In this document: positions 1 to 13,598 of the stretch, piece by piece | How positions within the stretch are numbered: position 1 is the first letter of the stretch | Layout of the letters: every line of letters begins with the position of its first letter | Notes under the pieces: model-generated | Seen by the model: only the letters and a program-made list of their open reading frames with translations | Databases searched by the model: none | Told to the model about the DNA's origin: nothing | Origin: the human T2T-CHM13v2.0 reference genome, Homo sapiens | DNA: 64,000 bases | Assembly (NCBI RefSeq): GCF_009914755.1 | Contig: NC_060930.1 | Direction: 5' to 3' (one strand) | Program-made: the position numbers and the translations under genes

Positions 1-1457
1 TTCCTTTACTACCTGCACATTAGGTACACATTCCACTTGGTCAAGTAGAGCTGTCATGTAAATTGCTAAATAGATATTTAATATTTGAAATTAGAGGAAT
101 GGTTTTTTTATATTTTTAACATACACATGCTCAATCGTGCCTGTATATTATTTTGAAGGGATTTTTGTTTAATTGGCATTGATCGATCTTATTGAAATCC
201 ATTGCGCTTTAACACTAGACATCATGATACACAATTCTAAATTATAGAGATAGAGATACATGTTTATGCCTTGTTACATACTCTAATCATAATGACCTGG
301 GTTTAGGAAACACTGGTTCTCTTTAGAGAAAATGTATGTGTAATTTAGCTGACTTTTATTTCTGCACTGATAGTTGGGTGTTTATTAAGTTTAATAACCT
401 ACTTTTTCACAAGGGATAGTATAAAAATTTTAAAATTGCTCACAAAATATAATGCTCAAAATTATAACACTTCATTGAACTTGGCTAGTTATGAACTTGA
501 GACATTTCCATAGACACAAGCAGCTGACGTATTTCCTGATTCTAAATTAATGGTAATAGTGAATTAGTTCCTAGGACGTTTTATTGACTGTGAGGACCAA
601 GGTGCTTTTGTATTGACTCCATAAGCAAATACCATGAATTTATCATTTTGCAGCTATGCCACCTGGCAGCCAATATCTTTAATCAACTATTAGAAAAGTG
701 ATCAAGGAAAATGTTTTGTGTTAATGAAATATTAGACTCTGAATATTTTAGGAGCATGTTTTGTTGAGTGTTGCTTATTCCGTTAATAATAGTGAAATCT
801 TAGTTATAAAGACAAATTAAGAGTGCTTCAAAGTTCAGTAATATCTTTCAAACAGTAATTAGAGGGATAGAAGAAACAAAGGTAGTTTACAACTAAGTAT
901 TTAGATTTTAGATTTTATTTTTTGTAAGTCTTTAAGCAAAAGTGTTATATTTTAATGGGTAATGATGAAATTAGTGATAAGAATACTATTAGCCATTCAG
1001 AATATGAAGGAAGTATAATTGTATACTAAAATATATACAAATATTGTATGCTAAAATAATGAATGTGTTTTTTACATTTACATTTGTTAGCAATATTTAG
1101 TAGATAGCTACAAAACTGTGTATGGCCAAAGTTGGAAAAAATAAAATTTGTTTAAGCTGCAATATCTGTAGCATCCATTTTATTACGGGATACTGTATGA
1201 GTCCTGGCTCCTCACTGGAATCATCTGACAGACTATGTGTAATATTTATCCAGTACCAAAGCAATTAAATTAGATTCTTCATTCAGCATCATTATTCTGC
1301 AAAGCTTATATATCATAGAATAGCACTGCTTGATAGCACTGTTTTCATAATAAAGTGTGTTGAGTATCACCATTGAATCTTACCCAGAAACATCAGCTTT
1401 TGGTCCTTTGCCTATAAGAACAGTTTTTTGCAGATCGAATATTCACGAATATATGTA

Positions 1458-1565
1458 TCTCATATGGTGGTTCAACTCCATGTTTTACTCATATTTGATT
1501 TATAATATTAATAGATTTACTTAGGATAATATGAGCGAAACAAGGGGTTGAACCGCCATATGAGA
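1458..1565. repeat. Inverted repeat (38-bp arms, 32-nt loop), MITE-like foldback
   Basis: 1458-1495 matches the reverse complement of 1528-1565 at 33/38 positions. Confidence 0.85.
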
Positions 1566-2342
1566 AATTGGGGCATGAACCAGAGAAGAATCCTGAGGAG
1601 TAGTTTTCAAGACCTAAGTCAGGTTATTGAGGGATACAATAAACTTTTGTTTTCTTGAAGTGTTTAAAGTAGAAAGAATTTTTGTCATTTTTTTAAACTT
1701 CAAAGACTTTTTAAGGTAGCTTTTGAATTAATGATCAATTTTTCTTTTTGGGGGAAATATAATTTTCTTTCTCTTCAAATATCTCAGTGTTTCTATTAAT
1801 TTTCACAGAATTTCAAAATGAATCAGCATTCAGGAAGTCATTAGGCATTTTTACTAAGTATATGAAATTATAGGATAGAGTTTTACAAATTGCAATAATT
1901 ACCTTTTGAATTATAACATTTGTGTTAGTAGTAATTTCAATTTTATTAATATAGTTTTTCTTTCAGAACAAGCTGTCATAATACTAAAGAGAGAGCTACT
2001 TTAAGAATAGTCGTGAACTTTTACAAATAGTAAATATGAAAGAGAAGAAAAGTTCTTTTCTGACTTCCTAATATTCCATTAACTGAGGTGGCCCAGTAGG
2101 AGTATAGAGATTTATCTTTTTTGGCATCAAACCATGTATACATTTTTAAAGTATGTGATTTGGAGAGAGATATGGAATCTATGTGAAGTAAATTTTAACA
2201 GAATATAGTTTTTTCTAATGAAATTTCTAATATTAACCCCTGCATAGAATATACTACTGTAATCTACATGAACATTTGAAAAATGTTTATTGTAGTACCT
2301 GTATAAATAACGTTTAAGGAAAAGGGAAGCAGTTCCTAAAAA

Positions 2343-2380
2343 ATTGAAGTGTATGGATTGAAGTGTATGGAATTGAAGTG
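2343..2380. repeat. Short tandem repeat ATTGAAGTGTATGG, about 2.6 copies
   Basis: Read directly. Confidence 0.8.
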
Positions 2381-3400
2381 CCTGAATATTTTAAATATTA
2401 TTAAAAATTATTTCATGTAGCATTTTGTTTATAGTGCCTGTATCTGCAGTGCCTGTCATGTACATACAATTCTTTACCTATGATCTTTACAGGCATCAAC
2501 CAAGCATATTTTCCCAACAGTTGATAGCTCATTATTAACTAGCATGCTTTACTCACTTTATGTTTTTCTCTTTCAAGATCTATGCAGAGAAAAATTTTAT
2601 TGAGTTAATCTGATGTTGAAAATTTAAAAGGGAATTATTCCCCTGCTTTCCCTAATATCTCTTCTCATGTAGGTTACCCAATTTTTCTCCGGCCTTTCAT
2701 CCTATACAAATACTGAAAGCACTGATACTTTCCATTGAAGTTTTTTCAGTTTTTCTCAGATGCCTTCTTTAGCATTATATTGTTAAGCCAAAAGATCAAA
2801 AATAAAGGTTCATAAACACATATTTACAAAGTTAGAACTTTTGAGTACTCTGTCATTTGTAGCCAGTCTTTTGGAAAAAGTTATTTTTCATATTTATTTA
2901 CTCATCACTGTGTCCCAAAAAATGTATGTTATGTTTTTTAGTTGATGAGAGAAGATAAAGATCAGATAATAATTTTGAGAGATATTATTTAGTTCAGAAA
3001 GTATAAAGAGAGACACTATATTTTAGTACTTACCTCATGTCAATGAATAAAATTTTAGCCAGCATCACTAGATAGCAGGTTGTGGCTGGGTATGGACTGT
3101 CCTTTAAGGCTAGGAGGGGCAGATTAACCCTGTTTTTTTTTTTTTCTGTACATTTATATGTTTCCAGACTGATTTATGAGAGAAAAAGGTAGTCATTCAT
3201 TGTATGAAGTGCATTTGTAGCATACGTTCATTCCAGTGATTCAAGTCACAACCTTTGCAACACAGGTGTGCATCATTCTGCGATGTACACGCTCAAGCTT
3301 ATGATATTAAAACTCTTTATAGATCGAAGAAGTAAAGCTTAAAGTGATACACTCTTCTCTTTAATACCATTACACTTTTCATTCTTTTTGTATTGCACAG

Positions 3401-3468
3401 GTGATTTGGATTATTACTGGTTGGATCCTGCCACGTGGCACAGCCGGGAGACATCACCTATTAGTTCG
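3401..3468 (+). CDS. RIMS1: RIMS1 exon, 68 nt (GDLDYYWLDPATWHSRETSPISS)
   Basis: Acceptor ttgcacag|GT, donor TCG|gtaagt; phase 1 to 0. Confidence 0.95.
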
Positions 3469-4029
3469 GTAAGTTTTCTGGAAAGTGTGTTTGGAGTTTA
3501 GGGAATATGTGTGCTCGTTAATTGTCCTTTGTCTGATATGTGATATCTGCTCTATTATTCATTTGGTAAGGGCAAATATTGATTTCATTTAAGATAGTAC
3601 AATTTTGAAGAAAAAAAGTTATTACTGGATAATTATAACAAATTTTAAATTAAGTAAAAAACAATTATTAAATAATTACTATAAGTAAGATTGAGATGTT
3701 TGGTTATGGATATTGACATTAACAAGTCAACATACAGAATCAGTTTTTTTATGTAAGCAGATATATTTTTAAATTTTAATTAATTCCATTTTAGAACTAT
3801 TTAAAAATGTATACTTATTTGCCAACCACTTTAAGAAACTTTTAGTATAAATTTCTGCTACAAATGAAATATAGTTCTAAATGAAAATTTTTATAAGCCA
3901 AGGATGGAGTCCACTGAAATAATTTCCTCTAGAGTGTCTTTTAACTGAAGAAATTGCATCATGCTGCAACCAATAACTTGTGTCTATAGGAAAGAAAGCA
4001 AGTTGTTTATTTTTAAAAAATTTAATAGG

Positions 4030-4595
4030 CCTTTTTCGAGCAGTTTTAAGTTTACAGAAAAATTGAGGAGAAAGTACAGAATTCCCATACACTTCCTTAC
4101 TCCACCCCTTTCCACCTGTTTACCTTGTTATTAACATCTTGCATTAGTGTGGTCCATTTGTTACAACTGATGAGCCAATATTGATGTATTATTATTATTG
4201 ACTAAAGTCCATAGTGTACATTAGGGTACATTCTTCATGTTATACATTCTGTGGTTTTTAACACATTTATAATGTCATGCGTCCACCATTACAGTATCAC
4301 ACAGAATAGTTTCACTGATCTAAAAATCCCTGGCACCACTTATTCATCCCTCTCTCCTTTCTTCCCCACTAAGTCCCTGACAGCCACTGATCATTTAGTT
4401 TCTATAGTTTTTCCTTTTCCAGAATGTCACATGGTTAGAATCATACAGTTTATAGCTTGTTCAGATTTGCTTCTTTCACTTAGCAATATGCATTTAAGGT
4501 TCTTCCCTGTCTTTTTGTGGTTTGATAATGCTTTTATGTTTGTTTTTATCACTGAATAATATTTTTGTCTGGATATGCCCAGTTTGTTCATCAAT
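4030..4595 (-). mobile_element. Old L1 3' end fragment (L1MC-like)
   Basis: gagcagttttaagtttacagaaaaattgag...gtacaga and cttctttcacttagcaatatgcatttaaggttc resemble the antisense L1MC 3' UTR. Confidence 0.75.
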
Positions 4596-4689
4596 TCCTT
4601 AGGATTTTAAAATATTTTTAGGTTGATATTATAAATGAAAATATTTTTCAATAATGATTTCTAAGTTAATCTGCCAGTTGTTCCTATTC

Positions 4690-5215
4690 TCTTTTATTTT
4701 ATTTTTTAATTGACACAATAATTGTACATATTTATGCAGTGCATAGTGATGTGTCAGTACCTATAATGTATAGTGATCACATCAGGGTAATTAGCATATC
4801 CATCATCTCAAACATTTATCATTTCTTTGTATTGGGAACATTCAATGTCCTCCTTCTAGCTTTTGGAAACTATATATTATTAACTATAGTCATCCTATAA
4901 TGCTATAGAACACCAGAACTTATTCCTCCCGTATAGCTGTAATTGTATATTCTTTAACAAATCTCTCCCTACCCTTTCCTTCTCCCTACCTTCCCAGCCT
5001 CTATTATCCTCTATTTTACTTTGTACTACTACAACATCAACATTTTTTTAGCTTCCACATGTGGGTGAGAACATGCAGTGTTTAACTTTCATGCGGGAAC
5101 TAACATGTTCCTGGCTTATTTCACTTAACATAATGTTCTGCAGTTCTATCCATGTTACCTCTAATGACAAGACTTCATTCTTTTTATAGCTGAATGCATT
5201 ACATTCTGTATATAT
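4690..5215 (-). mobile_element. Old L1 3' end fragment (L1MA-like)
   Basis: T-rich tail, then gtaattagcatatccatcatctcaaacatttatcatttctttgt...gcttatttcacttaacataatg...ttcattctttttatagctgaat. Confidence 0.78.
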
Positions 5216-5245
5216 TACTTTTTAAACTCATTCATGTTTTAACAG

Positions 5246-5356
5246 CATCCTGTAACGTGGCAACCATCTAAAGAGGGGGACCGATTAATTGGACGTGTTA
5301 TTCTTAACAAGAGAACAACCATGCCCAAAGACTCAGGTGCATTGCTGGGTCTGAAA
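5246..5356 (+). CDS. RIMS1: RIMS1 exon, 111 nt, start of PDZ (HPVTWQPSKEGDRLIGRVILNKRTTMPKDSGALLGLK)
   Basis: ttttaacag|CAT ... AAA|gtaagt; contains the PDZ carboxylate-binding loop region GALLGLK. Confidence 0.96.
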
Positions 5357-6313
5357 GTAAGTATGCTGGTTTAAAATGTTTCTTAAAGGGTGAATTACAG
5401 TATGGTCTGCATTCATTGGAGTTTCTGGCAATGATTTTTAAATGTCATTTAAATATTTTATATAATTTTATTGATATAGCATATAGATATGTTAGGAAAA
5501 TTGAATAAAATTTAGGGAAACTAATGTATTTTCTTCTGACTATAAAGTTCAGGATGATTTTTTGCATTAAAAAGATTTAAATGGAAAGTAGCATAGGTAA
5601 TGTGGACTTTTGTTGTAACTTAAGCAGCAACATAAACATCATTAAAGGGATCACTTTCTAATTACAATAGTTTTGTAAGAATTTTTTAAAAATTAATGTA
5701 CTTAATAGTGCTGTCTTATTGATTATTACCATTAATTACTCCTGCTATGAAATAATTCTGATTACCTCCACTAATGGGTATGCCACTAAGAATTGTGGAT
5801 GAATCTCAACTTTTGGTGATATTCTCTTCATTTTAAATTATATATATTTGAGCCCCTGCATTGGAAGAACTTAAACATAGATTTTAAAATATTCTATAAT
5901 AAAACTCAGACTTTGATAGTCTTATGGGCATAGATACATGTTTCAGATGAGATGGTCAGCTGCAGAGATGCATTTAGGCTATTAAGCTTTGCACAATGGT
6001 AAATTGCTTCCCAAAGGTGTCATTTTCTTGCTTTGAATCTACAGTCTTTATAGTCATAGACCTACATTTTACTACACATATACAAAAGAGATTAAGATCT
6101 GATCAAGAACTGATCTTGACAATGGGATATTATCTTCATGTAGAAATAATAATTCAACTGGTACACATGAATTTGGATGATAAAGAAAAATGAATTTTAA
6201 TGTAAACAGTGTCAAACACTTGCTGTTTGATACTAAGTAGGGAAGACCTGGCACCTGTCTTCTATGTATATGCATTATTTATGGTGCCCTTTTATTGTTA
6301 GGTCACTTTAAGA

Positions 6314-6529
6314 CAGGGCTATTTAATCTTTTAGCTTCCCTGAGCAACATTGGAAGAAGAAAAATTGTCTTGGGTCACACTTAAAGTACATCAACACTAA
6401 CAATAGCTGATGAGCTAAAAAAAAAAAAAAAAAGCAATGTTTTAAGGAAGTTTACAAATTTCTATTGGGCCACATTCAAAGTCATCCTGGGCCACTTGTG
6501 GCCCACTGACAGCGGGTTGGACAAGCTTG
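6314..6529 (+). mobile_element. MER30 non-autonomous hAT-Charlie DNA transposon
   Basis: Starts CAGGG...cttccctgagcaacattggaagaaga, internal gctgatgagctaaaaaa, ends gggttggacaagcttg; near-TSD ctttaaga/cttttaaga. Confidence 0.88.
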
Positions 6530-6548
6530 CTTTTAAGAAATCACTACA

Positions 6549-6928
6549 GCCTGGGTGCAGTGGCTCATGCCTTTAATCTCAACACTTTGGAAGGCAAAGG
6601 TGAGAGGGTCACTTGAGCCCAGGAGTTAGGAACCAGCCTGGTCAACATAGCGAGACCCCTTCTCTACAAAATTAAAATTAAAAAATTATCTGACTGTAGT
6701 GTCTGCACATGCCTGTAGTCCCAGCTATTTGGGAGCCTGAGGTGGGAGCAACACTTGAGCCTGGGAGTTCACGGCTGCAGCCATCTATGATCACATCAAC
6801 ACACTCCTCTGTGGGTGACAGAGTGAGGCCTTGTCTCAAAAATAGAAAGAGAGAGAGAGAGAAAAAAAAAAGGAAGGAAGGAAGGGAGGGAGGGAGGAAG
6901 GGAAAGAAAGAAAAGAGAAAGAAAGAAA
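6549..6928 (+). mobile_element. AluJ-type element with GA-rich expanded tail
   Basis: Dimeric Alu with AluJ diagnostics (cacttgagcccaggagtt, caacatagcgagaccc); purine repeat about 6842-6928. Confidence 0.9.
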
Positions 6929-7023
6929 TCAGTACACAAACTTCCTTAGGACACATAGTCATCTCAAATATGAGATGTTTTGTTTTCAAAACTGTGCTCC
7001 CAGCTACTTTAATCAAAAATGTA

Positions 7024-7327
<304 letters not shown>

Positions 7328-7454
7328 TCACTTCATTAATGTTTCTACATGCAATTTCAAGTGTATCATAAAAGAATGTAGGATTAATTCCTCAAACTAA
7401 TAAGCTTATGTTTTAGTATGAGTCTTGGAAACTTATAAATTTGTAATTATCCAG

Positions 7455-7554
7455 GTTGTTGGAGGAAAAATGACTGACTTAGGACGACTTGGTGCTTTCA
7501 TCACCAAAGTAAAGAAGGGTAGCCTAGCAGATGTAGTTGGACACCTAAGAGCAG
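7455..7554 (+). CDS. RIMS1: RIMS1 exon, 100 nt, PDZ (VVGGKMTDLGRLGAFITKVKKGSLADVVGHLRA)
   Basis: atccag|GTT ... CAG|gtaaag. Confidence 0.96.
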
Positions 7555-9269
7555 GTAAAGTTTCTTTTTTTAATATTTAAACAGTGTGTTCTCCATGCAT
7601 GAACATGAATTGGTGGTTTTCAATTTGGGGTTAGTTTTATATATACATACATACATACATGTATGTATGTATATATCAATTAAGTCACTAAATTTTAATG
7701 CATGAATAAAGACTTATTTCCTGATATAAATATTTACCAATTGCAATAATAAGTAACTCTACATCAGCAGCAATCTGGAGAGTAAGGGTAGGAATCTTCT
7801 TTTTATAAAAATAAATAGATGTAAAATATAGAAGAATTACTCATCTTTGTAGATGATGTCATAATGCTACAAAACTTGAAATCTAAAACAATTTATCTTT
7901 GAGAAAAAAATCTTATATCACTATTTAGTTATTTAGTTTATATTTTAAGCTACAGTAATTACCAAATTTTTTTCAGAGTGGTCCTAAAACACTTATTCAG
8001 GGGCAGTGTTTTTTATAAAGCATAATCATAATCACATTTCTTATACAGATTGTATAATAAAATATTAGTAAATTTAAAAGTGACTCATGTAGATGTGCTA
8101 ATTCTTGGTATTTAGAAATTTATTTTTGTTGCCCTATAACTGAACATGACACAATGAAATTATTTAATATATGTAAATGTATCATATATTAAATAGTAAC
8201 ACATTTTAAAATCCATTTTTGGTAAATTGTTTGCTTTTCATTTTTGTTAAAATCACATTAAAATATTTCTTCCAGTTGACTTGACTGCAGAGCTTAGTAG
8301 AAATCTTTTGGTTAGATGGCTGTTTATGTATTTGCCAGACAACTATAAAGGAAACAGAGTTGGCTGAGCTGTAGAATTAAAGATTAATAACCCATAACAC
8401 AAAGAGTACATTTCCAGGTGATATTCTTAACTTTTAAACCTTAAGTTTGTGATTCTTGAAAACTTTGGCAAAATATTCTAGGACTCTTAAAGACTTTTCA
8501 GTATATTTGTTTACCAGGATATCAGTTCAAAATCATTTTCATTTTTTTTTTAATTTGACAAGGACTTGCTGTGCAGGTGTATAGGAAGAAAACTCTAATC
8601 GGATTTTTCTCCATTTGCTATACAACTTTGAATATGTATAGAGATATGTTACACTGTTATTTCTTATGAAGGACCAGTTATGATTCAGTAGGAAAATAAC
8701 TCAATCAGGGTTGACTCTGTCAGTAAACTGAGTGTGTGTTTGTCTAATGACTCAAAAATAAGCCTCAGAAAGTCTGAGAATCCCTTGTTGGCTAATGTAA
8801 AATAACTTTAACTACAGAAACCTGAGTTTGCAGACCACATTATAAACATTATATACACATTATAAACACATTATTATGTTTTAATAGGAAGTTACTTAGG
8901 AAGTAAAAGAAGAGGGGTGTTCTATATAAAATATCTGTTAGTGATTCATTTCATTTAACACCCTTATGAGCCAAGAGCCTGAGAAACTTAAATCTGAAAT
9001 GTTAAAAGCTCAACTTAAAGAACTATAAAACAGACAAGTGTACTTTTCATTCTAAGCAATTTATGTATTCGAAGAAAGTGAAGTGATTTTGCAGACTCAA
9101 TCATATATCCTATTTGATTTACATTATAATTTAGGAACTGACTAAATATTTGCATTTATGCAAATAGAATTATTTGCATATAAACATCCTTAGCCTATAA
9201 AACTACGGTGCAATCAATGTGACTTTTATTTAACATTTGCAATCTTGCTTTAATCTTGCAATATCTTTA

Positions 9270-9830
9270 TCCAGTCCTGCCCCGCTTTAAGTCTGTGCAC
9301 TCTACTGCTACTTCATTTAACCTTCTAAAACACAAAAATGACACTGACACTCTGTTTATTATGAAGATCCTTCGGTGTTTCCTAGTTATCATTTGTTCAA
9401 GTCAAAGCTCTGTAGCCTTGTCCTCTACTAACACTTTCAGCTGTCCAGGATGTTGGTCCACCTGTAGGTTCCTGTCAGGCTGTTTCCCACCTAGAAGATG
9501 TGGTCAATGCCTCTTGTCTACCTAGTTTTCTACCACTCCTGTTGAAGGCCTTTCCATCCTTCACAATTCATCTGAAGTTGCCTTAATTCTGAAGTGGTTC
9601 CTAATATCTCACCTGGAACAATAACTAACTACTATGTCCCTGGCACCACTTGACTCTATTTCTGGTCCTCAAATGAACTTCTATTGTTGCATATAAAATA
9701 TTTTATTAGAGTTGTTTCTTTATCATTTCTTCATGACCAAATTTAAAGACAGATAAAATGTCATTTTCATCTTTGTACCCTCATTGTCTACATCCCTGCT
9801 TGATTATCCATACATAAATAATGTAAAAAA
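9270..9830 (+). mobile_element. Degenerate L2 fragment
   Basis: Pyrimidine-rich L2-like text ending in a weak L2 3'-end-like stretch; boundaries rough. Confidence 0.4.
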
Positions 9831-10357
9831 AGCATTATGGTTTAGGAATTATTAATCTGTAAATAAACGTATGTATTAACTTAATTTGATATTAAAAGTT
9901 ATGCGTCCAGGTTGCCGCTTATAAAAAGGAGAGTTTTAAAATGCAGTGCTTTTGCAAACTGCTGGTTGCAACTCATTATTGGGTAGTAAAATCAATTTAA
10001 TCGTTTGCATCTACCACTTTAAAAAATTGAAGTAGAACATAATAGAATAGAAAAATCAGGGTAAGTATTGTTTCATAAATGTTTTTTAGTGTATATATAT
10101 ATGTATGTACTCATATAATATGAATATATATACACACGCACATATATACATGTTCATATTATATGTGTACAGGATCATGATGTCAACTTTGTTTCTTGGT
10201 CAAAATATTTTGAAAGCACTCTTAATATATTATAAATTTGTAATTATTATATTTCTTTTTTCTTTTTTTTTTTTTTTTTTTTTACAGTGAAGTATATTCA
10301 TTGCCTATTTGAAAAGCTTTTCTAGGTAACAGCTTAGGGCAGTCTATTAGAATTGGT

Positions 10358-10655
<298 letters not shown>

Positions 10656-11944
10656 GAATTGGTGATTACCATAGTATTTTACCAAACCAAAGCAGCATCA
10701 TGTACTTTTTGCATATTTACTTTTTACTCTTCAGTGAGCAAACAATTGGAAAAAATAATTACTTTAAAGTAATACTAGCAAAGCAATTTTCCTACTTTTA
10801 TTTAAAAAATTCTAGGTACACATTGAAAAGATTTTATGCTTATACTTGGCTATAAAATGTATACTGATGATATTGATCCAGTATTTCAACACAAATTTAC
10901 TTTGCTCATAAAATGTTCTAGACACTGAGAACAACAAAATAAGCATGAGCATCAACAAATTAAGACACCTCAGTGCATCGAGGTTGAAATATTTCAGCTG
11001 AGACTACCATTTTGAAGTGAAGAGTCTAAGGCAGAGAACCGTTTGGTACCTACAACTTCTTAAATATTTATGAAAATAAATACTTTTTTTCACGTGACCT
11101 ATGGTGTGAAAACCCTAGTTAAAATAACAACTGTAAGTTGTTAGCCTGTATTTTTTTAATGCAACATCTTTTAACTCCCCTTGATTAATCTTAGAATATT
11201 TAACAACTATGTACTGTATTAATGTTTGGTTATTTTAAAGTGTGTTCTAATTGTACTTTAATGTTCACAATATAGATTATGTATAGTACATATGTGTTTT
11301 GAACATCTGGAAGTGGGTTGACTGTCATGCAACAGTTTTACATCTGCTTGCTTTGTAATTTTGCCATAGCTACCTGCGTTAACTGATGGGTGTGAATTCA
11401 AATCCTTTCATGCATTTTTATTCTGTTGTGCATCTGGTGAAGACACTGAAGCATGACTTGTAATTGGGAAATTCATGCTAACAAATATTAATTGCTCTTT
11501 CTTCCAAAAATAAAACAGGATTTATGCACAGTTTAATAAGAATCTTTCAAAAATAGAGCCGCCTACATTTATTATATGGAGGGCATGCTGCTAATTATTA
11601 TTTTTTAATGTTTCCAAATAGGCTGTGCTAATTCCATCCCATAGCATGAGATTATTTTTATATGATTTCTGGTATATCTCAAAAGATAAAGGTAGTTTTG
11701 TATTGTACTGTTTCCAGTCACCAGTAATATTCTGGGGGAAAAAAAGAAAAACAAAAGAAAAGAAAAAGTGTTTAGAAGAACCATTTAGCTGACATTATAT
11801 GGCAATCAATTTGCTTTTGAAAGCAGAGCCTAGACAATTAAACTATTTGTATATGTTTTGCATTTCTTTGTTAAAAAAGAGAAAAGATACGAAAAATAAA
11901 CAGAATATATAAGGTAAAAAAATACCCTTTTTTTTAAATTCAAG

Positions 11945-12068
11945 GGGATGAAGTTCTAGAATGGAATGGTAAACCCCTGCCGGGAGCTACAAATGAAGAA
12001 GTTTACAACATTATTTTAGAATCAAAATCAGAACCTCAAGTTGAAATTATTGTTTCAAGGCCTATTGG
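11945..12068 (+). CDS. RIMS1: RIMS1 exon, 124 nt, end of PDZ (GDEVLEWNGKPLPGATNEEVYNIILESKSEPQVEIIVSRPI)
   Basis: ttcaag|GG ... TGG|gtaagg; GDxxxxxNG PDZ motif. Confidence 0.96.
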
Positions 12069-13431
12069 GTAAGGCTAAAAAAACTTACTTCTTAAGTTTA
12101 GTAAATTACATGTATTAGTAGGGTTTTAAAAAGAATTTTATACATTCATACAGTACATGTTAACATGGATAGTTTTTGCATCAATTATGGGCATACATTT
12201 TTAGATTACTAAAAATTTCTTAATTTTTTAACTGGAATACTGAGTTTACTTCACTACATTTTAGAAGCTCCACACTTTAACAATTGTAATATCAAAAAAT
12301 ATCAATATGTACTTTTTGCAAGTGAAATATAAAGTAAAATATTTTCTTTTAATGGCAGATATATTTAAGTAATTCTAATTTAATAAGTAGTATTTCCTTT
12401 AAGAGAGGCACTAACAAACTCCTCTTCTTGTGATATTTAAAATATTAATGATTTCATATGTCTACATGAACTTTTTATTATTCTACGAAAGAATAAAATA
12501 TTTTTTCTGTCTCTTTAACCATGAGTAATTTCAACTTTTATTTAAAATCAAGCAAGAAGTATTAAATATTTTAACATTTTAATTGGTCATAATGATATTT
12601 TTAAAACCTCAATTTTCAGTACAATTTAATTATCTATAGCCAGTGGGATATTTTCTATGTATGTATATAGATTTCCCCATATCGTTGCCTTTTTCTGGCA
12701 AACCCACATGGTCCAAAATAAATATTCATTTTGCCAGTCTATAATTTTTAAGGGCATTTTGAACTGTTTTATTATACTTGGCTTAATGTTTGAATGTGTT
12801 CTTGGAAATGATTCTTTTTTTCCCTATTCTCCAAAATTTAATACAGCCGTTATTTCAAGGCTTTTTATGTTGAAAAAATGCTAACCTTTAATTTGTATTG
12901 GCCTCATGAATATATGTCAATGCAAAACATACAAGAAGATATAATTATCATAATTCTCAAAGAATGAAAATGTATGATCATATATCAAATAATATTAATA
13001 TATAAAACTCTAAAATAAAGGCAAGCTTTTAACCAATTTTAACTGGTTATTATTAAGAGTGAACACTGAAGACATTTGCAAAAGTGTTGTACATTTCCAT
13101 GTAGATTTTTAAAATAACAATACTACAATTTATGCTAGTTTTACATGACATATGTTCTAGTGCTGAGGTAAATATAAGGCTGGAAAAGAGGTAAGTAAAT
13201 TGGAAAATGAATCAAAAGTATGAAAGCTAAAGTTTAGAATCAAGCATTGTGCACTTGCCAAATACTTTCAAATATATAGTGGTTTAAAAGTAAACAGCAA
13301 AAACAGAATTGATTCATGGTGACTTAAAAAAGTAACAGACAATTAAAGTAGACTGGAATAACATTATTTTTACTTTTTATGAAAATTAATTAAGAAGTAA
13401 TCATCTGCACAGCCAAATTCTAAACTATTAT

Positions 13432-13521
13432 AGATTATAGAATTGAAAGGAACATGGAATACAAAAATTATAATTTAAAGATTATAGAATTCAAAGGACA
13501 TGGAATACAAAGATTATAATT
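13432..13521. repeat. 47-bp tandem duplication (agattatagaatt.aaagga.catggaatacaaa...)
   Basis: Two slightly diverged copies starting at 13432 and 13479. Confidence 0.85.
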
Positions 13522-13598
13522 GAATCAGAATCAAAGGTAGTATCAACTTTCTTTCTAGTGAATACATTATTGGAATCCTAGAAAAATAATTTTAGCTA

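Noticed and set aside
1-3400. Alternative RIMS1 promoter or first exon
   Set aside because: No CpG island or convincing ATG-plus-donor exon; cannot be supported from this sequence
4251-4559. 102-aa ORF
   Set aside because: Within an antisense L1 3' UTR remnant; non-ATG start; no domain
11330-11470. Motif-rich non-repeat intronic patch considered as a snoRNA or small exon
   Set aside because: No convincing terminal C/D or H/ACA layout and no good donor
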